Shown here piece after piece: positions 47,485-64,000 of a stretch of DNA of 64,000 nt (position 1 is the stretch's first letter; each line of letters opens with the position of its first letter). The position numbers and the translations under genes are program-made. The notes under the pieces were generated by a model. The model ran no database searches and was not told where the DNA came from. It was given only the letters and a program-made list of their open reading frames with translations. This DNA comes from Oikopleura dioica (lineage: Eukaryota; Animalia; Chordata). The stretch is taken from positions 7,564,001 through 7,628,000 of the forward strand of contig OU015569.1 of the NCBI GenBank assembly GCA_907165135.1, read 5' to 3'.

Positions 47485-48893
47485 ATGATTTTTACCGGAC
47501 TTTTCCTCGGTGCCGCTCATGCCCAAGGTATTTTTTATCAAGTATCTAGTAACACCAAGAGATTATAGATACTCCCAAGGAGTCCTACCTTAACTGCGTC
47601 AATCTGACTGGACTCAGTGGCGTCATTTCTAACCCTAGAGAACCCTGCAGTCTTTCTCCAGACGGATGCTACACTTCTGGCCAGGACTATTGCTGGAGAG
47701 TTCAGTCTAGTTGCAAAACCATCCGGGCCAAGTTCAACAAATTTATTGTGGAAGAATACATGTCTGGCAAGGACGACTGTCCATACGACAAAGTCCTGCT
47801 TTCCTGGTCAGGAAAATTTGTTGAGCTATGCGATCACTCAGCGGCTTCAAAATCAGGGCAAGGTAAGATCTTCAACCCTAACAAGGATCCTGAAAACTTG
47901 GGTTGGCTTGATTGGGTCTCTATGGATGCTGATGAGTTTTTCATCGAACTCAAAACTGATGCTTCAATCGACTTCTACGGCTTTGATCTGGAATGGGAGT
48001 GCGAAGAATTTACCACAACAACTTCAACAACAACCACCACCACCACCACCACCACCACCACCACGACTTCAACAACGACTACAGAGGAGGTCTTGACTAC
48101 AACTACGTCCGCAGCCAACGAGACAACTCTTATGGAGCGGAAGAAGAAGCGTCCAAATAGCGAGGAGTCGCGAGGATTCAATGGATACTGGGATGGATAT
48201 CATCTTTATGACATCGACGACTTCGCAAAGCTCTTCTTTGAGTGCACTCAGAATGCTCTTGACGAGATAGACCGTGAGTGAGGAGTTCATTATTACCCTA
48301 CTAAGTCATCTTTAGACTGCATTGGTGACAGCAACCGTGGCAGAAAGGTTCGACAGAACTGGGAGTACCGATTCAAGCACCTCATCTTTTCTCTTGGACA
48401 ACAGCTTCGAGATGAGAAACGAATGCGTAAATGTCAAGGCTCAGGTGTAGATGTAAGCAATGAGGCCGCGCGAGCTCTTTCAAAGCTCAAGCACGACGAA
48501 TATTACGGCTATCACGGAAGTCACGGCCACGCTCATGACAATAACGAGTACCTCGAGCACTTCCATAACTTAGAAAACGTCTATGAACTCGGTATTTAAA
48601 AGTGCATAATATTTGAATAACACCATTTTCAGCTTTGGAGAGTCAATTCTTTGGTTGTACTGGTCGTGCTCAACTCGCCACCAAAAAACGAAAAGTGGCA
48701 AAATTTCACTCACTTGTGGACCGTGTCATGGTAGGCTCTTAACGCTTTGAAAGTAATACTAAAATATTCGAAAAAGCGAGGGTTGAAATACTGCGACCAT
48801 GACCACGACGATCACGATTACCACCATGATGACCACTTCTACTATGACCACAAGAGTGTCTCTGTCGAGCAAGATAAAAAGACCCCATACTAA
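47485..48893 (+). CDS. Secreted CUB domain + poly-Thr + helical domain + His/Asp-rich tail protein
   Basis: MIFTGLFLGAAHAQ signal exon. Exon 2 gives LSGVISNP...YTSGQDYCWRV...AKFNKFIVEE...CPYDKV...FIELKTDASIDFYGFDLEWEC (CUB), then poly-Thr, then exons ending YCDHDHDDHDYHHDDHFYYDHKSVSVEQDKKTPY* (TAA 48891-48893). Confidence 0.8.
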
Positions 48894-49426
48894 GCAAGTG
48901 ACCCTGGACTGGAATTGACGACGCATGATCTAATTTTAATGTACTGTCTGGTGAACCTGTAGGGAAACAATATTTTCAATAAAGTAGGCACGTGGAAGTC
49001 CTCTGTTCTTTAAAAGCTCTATACCAAAAAGAAACTATTACAACTTACGTAAAATTTTGCTTTTCTTAGTCTGAAATATTGAAAACAAGGAGAAGAACAT
49101 ACGCACATATTTTTTATACAAAGCACGGATACGTAACTTAGCGAGCGATCATATAGTTGCTAATATTTGTAGATTGAAATAACGCGTGAATTTCTATTTT
49201 GTTTATTGGGTGTTGTTGAAAATAAATAAACTGGCCTGGTCGCTTTTCTATTTAGGTGGGCAGTGAACCGCGGCTTCTTCAGTTAAATTACAGTAATTGT
49301 CGAGTTACAGTTAGGGTCGCGAGGGTCATTGAACTATGAAACGTGTTCGGTGGTAGTACTGTTTGTGAGTACATTTGCTTCCTGAGATGGTTTCTGGCGC
49401 TTCGGTACGAAGTTTACACTTTGAGC

Positions 49427-55756
<6,330 letters not shown>

Positions 55757-58700
55757 GACCGCGAAATGTGGTCGATTTGGGCCTGACACGGCTCAATTTA
55801 ACGCGAAATTGGCCATTAACGACCGACCGGTTAGCACATCGTGGGAGACAGGTGAAGATTTCCTTTTTTATGGTCTTGAGGTTTCAGCCGACGTAGATAA
55901 TCCTACGTTAGCAGTGTACTTTCTAGTGAGAAGAGATCAGCAATTAAGCACTTGACTATTTGTCAAAAATGTTCGAGCGCTGGTGCATACGATGCAGCAC
56001 CGAAGTGTTCAAAACACCACTTGAAAGCTAGAGAGGCACCTTGGGCGTTACCTGAAGGCCTTCACGCTATGGCGCTTATCGCCAGAAGTCGCCGCGGCGC
56101 CGCCTCAAAGTTATCACCCGGATGGCTACGAACACTGATCCCCGCCACCGGATTTATAGTGACTGACGCGATAAGCAGCACGCCGAAGTTCTTAGTTAAG
56201 GGTGTAAGTGTACGCACCGATTGTTCCCGCAAGACTCTCTTGCAATTCGGATATGTAGACTTAGGCCACTTACTTTCTTAGAAGAGTCTGAAAGCTGGGA
56301 GTTCCACGGTGATTTTCGTGATTTTTCAGCGGTTGATTTGGACGCTTGAGATCTATTACAAAAAGTCTAGATTTCTGCTAACGAATTGAATTGATTTGTG
56401 AAGGTTACGAAACAAGAGTCTCAATTATAGCAAATACCGATAGAGGGGCATTCCTCGAGTCCAACTATTTCTTTTCTCCATAATACAAAAAAATAAAATA
56501 AAAGCTATTTTATAGAAATATCTGTGGGGTACGCTTTCCGCCAAGCGAATAAAATCGATAAAAATAGAGTGTGTATGGAAACGCGAAAGTAAAAACGAGA
56601 GAAACACAAGTGAGGAGACGAGCGGAAACGGAGGGTCCTCCGCGGCAAGCAATTTATTTTCCTTTATTTGTGGCTAATCTTGAAACGGAAGCTTTTACAA
56701 CTAGCCCTATAATAGGCGGCAACAATGCCGTGAGTGCGCGCAGAGCCCGTTTAGCCCCAATTTGCTCGATTAACAGCGTTGTGCTCCGGTGATATGTTCT
56801 CCTTCTTAGCAAGAATAAGGGGAATTAGGGCGTTAATTGTGCCAATGATGCTGTCGCCGCGTGCTCTCTCAGTCAGTCTGATTAATTCGGATTAGCTGCT
56901 CGCACGTTCCCTGCGCCCTTATCGCCTTATCTTTGTGAACTTTGGCAAGAAGACACTTGCGCGCTTACAGTGCGAATACAGACGCCGCACGTTGGCACCT
57001 TTGCTGCTCTGAGAGTAGAGCGCGCTTACTGTATCTCGTCATAGCCTTATAAGTTCGGAAAACACGGGCAGTGATGGATTAAAGCAATGAAAAGGTGCTA
57101 AACTTAGACAAGCACAGTGCTAGTCTTTGCGAGGCAATGCGCTAAGCCCAGTACTAGGGGACGTGTTGAGACTGCCCCAAGGCAGTTGTCACTTCAGGCG
57201 TTTTCCGCAAGCACTTCCCGCTGATTTGGTGGGTAATTCCCGAATCAGAAGGGCGATTACGAGCGCATCAATCAACCGCGACATAGCTACTCCGATAAAG
57301 CTTATTTGCCACCTTTCGCTGGCACATGCCGAATCTACCCCATCGCAATCAAAACACTTTGTCGCGGAGTAGTCGATAATGCTAGAGCCAATATTTGCGA
57401 CCTGTTCAAATTTAAACTGAGCGGCAGAAGCGATAAACATGCATCCTGGCCGCCATCATTTGAGAAGCGCACATCTGTAAAGACCCTTTAGTAAGACTTA
57501 TTAATTAATTTACACTAGCTTCTTCAAGGTGCTATTTTATTCACTTCTAGTGCGGAACATAGTTAGACACAGCTTGTTACTTATTCATGGCGTTTGAAAA
57601 ACACACATTTAGATTGTTCGATGGGACTCGTCGCTTGTCGCGGAAGACGATCCGTAATCGAGCGTGAAATATTCATGAATGCTTTCGCTGACAGATACCT
57701 AGGGAAGAGCAAAAGTGGATCATCAAAAATTTAGCGGCTCGCCATTACCGAGTTGGGCGGATGAATATTTGAACCGACTCGGCCACTCTAACCGAAACTT
57801 GTGTTCTAAGCGGTTAAGGGTAAACCAACAGCCCTTCTTCGCGCGAATCGATACTCCTCAAAACTCAAAATCGTGCGCTCAACATCAGTACTCGCTCAGC
57901 AAGACCCTGCTACAGTTAAAGTTGCTAATGAGGGTCAGCGAAAAACATTCGATCTTCGCCGGATAGAAATTTGTTCACCGAGCTAGACGAGTTCAATAAT
58001 AGAAATTGATATCTCGTGGAATCTTCCGGGCGTCACTTTCGTACTCCTCGTTGAATCACGGCCAAAACAACAAGTTTGGAGTGACAACAATTATAAGTCT
58101 GGACGGGGAAAATTCGATGAGCGAGGGCGCGTTTACGACGCCACCTTTTCGTAAAGAAAACGGATTAGGCAAATTCGAAACTGAGATCATCATAAAAATG
58201 AATTGTCGTTACTCTGCGCAGTACTGGCAATATTCTGATTGCTACAATCCTGATAGACTAAACAAATGCTTGCGCAAGTAAGCCACTGGACTAGGGCTAA
58301 AATATTCGAAAAGCAAAAGTCAACAGCTACGTGGACCCCGGAGTTGCTTCATCCCCAAAATCAATTAGTCTCAAATCTTCTAGCTCGAGAATAGTCCCGC
58401 GAATGCATTTCACGCTCCTTCATTCTTTTTTCGCCCAGAACTAAGCACATTATTCCCTCTAACCCTATTTTTCCCTGCTTTGAATATTAAAAAATAAAAC
58501 AAACAACTTTGAAAGGGGATGAGTGCGTGCCCAAATCGCCTGGCACGCTCAAAAGGTCACAATTTTAACGGTGTCCGGTGCTAATCGCCTCCAAAAACGG
58601 ACAGCTCACGTGTTTGCTAAGGACTTACCGGGCCGGGCGGACGGTTAGTGAACATTTTCGTTTGTGGAGTTTTCTATTCGTCTCGTCTCCGCTCTTCTCA

Positions 58701-60092
58701 GACGTTTTCTTGGTTACTCTCTCTGCCTTCCCATGCGGCGTGGTTCAAGCTTCGGGTTCGCCTTCTATCTCTCTGCTTTTCTCTCTTCTGCGACGGTTGT
58801 GGATCGGTTTCTGATCGAGTTGGAGCTGGCGCGCGCGTTATTCAGCTATCGGCCCGTGTGTGTGTCTCGCTCTCGCTCTATTTTCCTCTTTTTTTGCGTT
58901 TTGCCGCTCTCGGTTGCCCTGGGCCATGCGCGGTGCTGTGTTTGGCGCGGCTACTCCGCATGGAGTTGATCACCTGACCTGCGCGAGCCCCTCGCATCCG
59001 GCTTCCAAAGACACGAAACGACCAGCGCCTAGCGCCAAACGCAACCAAGACATAATTAGATCCCACCGGCCGTAACAAATCCTTCCCGACATGGCTCCTC
59101 CACCAACATTGCTCCCACACATTCAATAAACCACCGACACAACTCGTAACTCCCGTCGCTAATTGCGATATTGAGATATTATATTGCTGAACACAGCGGC
59201 TACTTTGAATCATGGATTGATGCTAATGAAATCTAACAAGAGCTTCCAACTTAAATCAAAGTTTTATGGGACTCATTGATTTCAACCTCTTTGATGACCA
59301 TAATTCAGAATTTCTGAATCCATATTTGTTAATTATAATTTAGATATTTACATCGAAATTGGGAATCAAGGCTCGAGTTGTGGCGGTAACAATGGAAATC
59401 TCATTAATCCTCTAATCACCGAGGGGGACTTCACTCGTCATTAGCATAATTTATGAGCGAGGCGACAATCTCCGCGGCCCTTTTGAGCGAATTTTATCGC
59501 GCCTAAGCTGGGCCCCTCGCCCATTTCGCTACATGTAGCTGAGGAAACAAGCTACTGTGAAGCAAAAGCTCCATTGTAAATTTCCAAACCGCAAATGCCC
59601 CTTCGACAAGCAGCCTCTTCATATAGCTCATTACAGTGCCCAAGTGTGTGACACGGAGTGAAATCAATCAACGAGCCCTTTGAAACCCAAGCTCTCGGAA
59701 CTCGCACTGGCACATGAATCATTGCTTTTGAGCATTTTCATGAGCGAAAACATTTTAAGCGGCTAAAATTTCATCGCGAGCGGAATAAGCTCGATAATTA
59801 AACAGTGTGTAGTGGAGGGTTACTAGCAGAAGATTTAAATTATCGCTAATTAAGCTTCTATTTACTAATCGAACGATTCAAGACTACGCTTCTGGAAACG
59901 CGCTTTATCGAAAATGCAAGTGACACACTTGTCATTTAGCAAGCTTAGTTGTTTATATGTTTGCTATTTATTTTTTCTGCAAATTACATTTGCGATTTTT
60001 GACAAGGGTTCGTTGTTTTCCAAGGGTAAACAAGGCTCGTTCTAAAGCAAGAACACCTCGATGGCCCTCAGACAAACACATCCATGAATAAA

Positions 60093-61389
60093 TCAGCCGA
60101 TCTTTTCATGCGAGGAACTATCCCCTTCGGAGAGGGCGCGCCGTGCTTCCAGCATCGGGACCGTGGCTTTCCCCAGAGTCGCATAAGAATCAGGTTCATG
60201 TCTAGAAGCCGCCCAGATGACAAGTGGCATTAATTTTTGATGGAAATAGATTCTGAGGGATGCGCTCAGCGATTCTCCGTCACAATTAATCAAAGAGCGC
60301 TTGATTTAGTAACTACAGGAAGTTCTTCCTTCATTTGTTTTACAGCAAGTCATCAGGCTCGTAAAACAACGCCAATGGTTTCTGGCAGGTGCGCTCAAAC
60401 ACTTCCGGCTTGACAGTTGTGAAAAGTCTCCTAATTGTCCGCTTCGAGAATCCTCTGGGTTCCAATTACTATAATGTACTATATAAGTATAGTAGTCCAA
60501 TTTCGACTCACAGATATTTCATCAGAACTTATCTTGGGAAGTGCTCTGTACGCCATGGAATGGACAGTATTTCACTTTCCAGCGCGGAAATTTGAAGGTA
60601 ATCCTCAGCCAGGAATAAGCAGAACTAGCGAGACGGAAGATCGTTCAAGACTTGCTGTGGAAACGGCGGACCGAGAACTTCGAAAGATTCTGCGCTGACG
60701 AAATCACTCACAAAGACGTCTCGTTGACAGTCGATCATCGGCGCCGTTATCTTGTTCAGCTCGAGAATATTGAAAAAAGAATGCTCCCACAGTCTATCAA
60801 CTGCCTTTGTATATCACTCACAAATGCTCATCGCATAATAATAACAAAAGCCTCTAATCATTTTCTTCCCTAGCTGAGCTTTTTTCTACAGAACTACATT
60901 TTTATAACAAGAAATTAAATCTTTGTGATAAACGAAAGGGCAGACGTAGGGTGGATTAATTTGAGCATTATTTATAGCTGAGCTACGTAAACAAGGACGT
61001 GCTCGCCTTTTAAACTAAATGATGTATGCGGTTTCATTAAACGGCCTCTTTACGGTGAACTAGTCTTTAACATTTTAAGCTGCGGCAATAAGGAAGGAGT
61101 GTCAGGCAAAACTACATGGCCACAAGAACATCAGAGAGTCTGTGATGAGCGTAAAAGGCACAAACATAGAAGAAAATCTGACGTTAATGAAAGTCGAGCA
61201 AACGGAACAAACCAGCGAATTATCGCCAGAATAAACAGCACACGCCTGGGGCAATGTTAGCTTAGGCGGACGAGCGAATTTATCGAAGTAAGAGCAAATT
61301 GTCGCCTCCGTATCGCCTTTGTAACGAGCCCGAAAGCGATTGAAAGCTTTGTTTGAGCTCTTGCGGTGCTCTAATTCCACTCTCTCCAA
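60093..61389 (-). other. Coding-like region, gene structure and strand unresolved (possible C2-like motif)
   Basis: Minus ORFs 60093-60293 (LVIWAASRHEPDSYATLGKATVPM, loosely like a C2 strand pair) and 61102-61389 (VCSVC). Plus-strand frames are also partly open. Confidence 0.3.
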
Positions 61390-62194
61390 TGGAGTTACAA
61401 TTTAAAACTACAGCTACAGATTATAAGAAAGTAAATTAGCAACTCTGCGCGAGCTCGAACATTTGATGCGGTTTCGAAGCGGACCCAGGGCAACTGTCTT
61501 ATTTTATCGCTGATAATTTCTGTTTTATATTCGTCTTAAAAGTGCTGCTCCCATAATGGCGATCTTTATTTAGAAATAATCCATCACGCCGTAATCCGCT
61601 ACATTTAGCGCACTCCTAACTTGAGAATTATTCTTGGAAGAGCGCGCATCGTCGAATACAACAAATTCGGAATATTTGACTAATCTTTGCTCAGATCCCA
61701 CGGTTCACTTCTGCTTCAAAGTCACCAACATTCTGCGTTTTTGCCATCTCCTGAATTTCAATGTTGCTTTGCAATTTATTTCTGGAAACCCGACAATAAT
61801 AAACTCAATCTATTCGCAATCTGCAACCGTTAGACAAAGCAATCACGCAAATATATGTAGAAAACCAAAGCTCCAATTTTTCTAAAATTCAAAGATTATA
61901 TTCACTTGGCATATATTCTGTTTCAATAGAGAGCATCTTTATCAAGACTTAGTGCTTCTAGAATTGTTGATTTAGGCGACTTTTTGGATAAACAGTTCAA
62001 ATCTTTCGGTAAACGAGAAATTTTCAACAGGAATGGGCCACTTAACTCTGCGAATGTGTATTTGACCGGTGCTTTAAAAAAAGCAACGTGTGATACTGAA
62101 AGCCTAAATATTTATTAGCCCTTGTTAAATAGCCCTTTATGAAAGGTTGAAAATATATAGGTAGCCATTAGGAAGACATATTCGAACCCTATTT

Positions 62195-63708
62195 ATGGGG
62201 ACACCATCTCCTCCACCAAACGAAGACGTGGAGAAGAAACCAGCGGCGGATAAAGCTGCTGAAGTGAAACAGAGCACCCGAAAAAACTCTCAAGCCAAGT
62301 TTAGTAAAGTACCAAAAATAGAGCACTTCTCAAGGTGACAAGTCCAGAACTAACCGTTTCTCCAAAAATTATGGTAGCGTAATTGATTTTCTAGAAATTG
62401 CATGTTTGTGAGTGGTGTTCCCTTCATCGAAACTAGATTTTTTTTTACTTCGATCGGGGCACAGTTGTCTTTCTAAACCTGGAGAAAGAACGAGAAGATG
62501 AGCGAAATGGGAAGGAAAATGTTCAAACGCAAAACGCAGAAAAAGTGCGAGATGGTCAACCAGGGAGTACCGGCAGTGATTTGGCTCAAAGAAGGAATCC
62601 GGAAAGTGGAGCTAGCTCTAAGAGAACTGAACCAAGAAGCTCAACATCTGGTAGAACTTCAAAAAGCCACAGAAGCTCAAGAAGCGAGGGACGCAGCTCG
62701 AAGGGCGAGAAAGAGGAAGGGAGACGCAGAGGATCAAAGAAAGTGCAAATCGACAACGCCAATGGAGGAACAAAGCGAGACTCCAAAGGACGTCCTCGAG
62801 AATCCACAAAATCTAAACGAAAATCCCGAGAGTCAGAAGAGCTGCGAGAACTAAAAGAAAAATATGAGCGAAAAAGACGAAGTAAGAAAGGAACAATTGA
62901 TATCGGGGACGATATCCAAGTCTGGGTTTAAATACTAATCATAATTCAACAAAAGTTTTTCTTCGACTGCCAATAAAAACCCCGTAAGAGAAGAAGTCGA
63001 GAAAGAACCATACGATCCCAATCGACCAAAAACACCTCAACAAAAAGTTTTTCTTTATATCGCCTTCGTCATTTACTTTATTATACCATGGTAAGATGAA
63101 TTACTTCTGAGAAAAATTCATCTGCTTAGGATGATCATTATAAGACAGTGCTGTAAATTATAACAGGTGCTTTATTCTCGACTAGCACGCCGCTATGAGC
63201 AACAGATAGAATGGTCCAATATGAATAATGAACTTGTGAAAAACCTGTCCAAGATCCTCTCCTGTCTGGAAAGATCAATTAGAATGCTCTCTAGTCATGT
63301 GTACTCCTTTTTACCTTGCTTTTTAGCAGCTTCTAAGGTAGTTGACATTTGGTTTTTAGTCTACTCGTAATCACCGCTATTGGATACACAGCTCTCAAAG
63401 ATCAACCTCGGCTACCAGACAACACGGATTCTTCAGGTAAATAAGCAAAGAAACTGTAGCTTTTGACCGACTCATTTAGTTTCCGAAGATATCTACCTCA
63501 AATGTTTTTTGTACTCGCGCAACGCAGAAATACCAGGCTTGGAACAGGTAATGAACTCAGTAGGACTTTTACGAAGCTGCTAAATTTAGGAGGATAAATT
63601 TATGTGCAGTATGTACCCGCTTTACAAGATCGTGAAATAACAAGTCTCCACTGCAAATACCAGAATAATTCAACCTTCGTCAAGCAAATCTCCGCCGCTG
63701 AAACGTAA
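62195..63708 (+). CDS. Uncharacterised multi-exon protein with Arg/Ser/Lys/Glu-rich low-complexity segment; 3' end uncertain
   Basis: MGTPSPPPNEDVEKK... exon with a GT donor, long charged exon (62545-62931 frame), then exons VLYSRLARRYEQQIEW... and SPLLDTQLSKINLGY..., separated by 40-60 nt introns. Confidence 0.55.
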
Positions 63709-64000
63709 GGCTCTAGGTTTATACGAAAAGCAACCTGAAAGAGACTGTAGTTTTACGTGTGGACGCTTGCTATGACATTCTTTTTCCTCCACTTGTTCAC
63801 GAATTATTCATCTTATTTATCTAATTAAATAATATATAATAATATATAAAAAATCGGCTGGAGTGAGTAGCTTTTAATATTTGATCAATATTTCAGCACT
63901 CAAATACTTCGAACTTACACCAGCATGAACAGAAACTATTCTTTATTTCAAACCCCTGGAGATTATTACTTATTCAGTGCAACAGCATCACTTATTCATC

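Overview
Eukaryotic, gene-dense genomic DNA with about 40-50 nt introns and several non-canonical GA-AG/GC-AG introns, plus chordate-type genes. I infer a larvacean tunicate such as Oikopleura dioica; this is not proven. Genes in order: MEGF6-like EMI/EGF gene (+), short secreted collagen (-), Zn-finger-like orphan (-), GT31 B3GNT-like transferase (+), amphiphysin/BIN1 (+), GT7 B4GALT-like transferase with a long C-terminal extension (-), classical cadherin (+), NR1H-type nuclear receptor (-), a PCGF-RING/zf-CW/PWWP fusion gene (-), a cytosolic coiled-coil/kinase/KEN-RNase/WD40 gene (-), a small membrane protein (-), F-box/LRR gene (+), a very large secreted double-GH16 beta-glucanase with a 1896-bp internal duplication (+), a CUB/Thr/His-rich secreted protein (+), Groucho/TLE (-) with a long non-coding 5' region, and two poorly resolved genes at the right end. 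Three DNA transposon insertions with exact target-site duplications lie in introns: one hAT-type MITE, one TTAA MITE and one apparently intact Kolobok-like element. The best candidates for undescribed biology are the RNase L/IRE1-like kinase-KEN-WD40 protein, the Polycomb RING fused to a ZCWPW-type histone reader, and the transposon that duplicated a cadherin splice acceptor. Exon structures were assembled by eye, so many gene ends are approximate and no database search was run.
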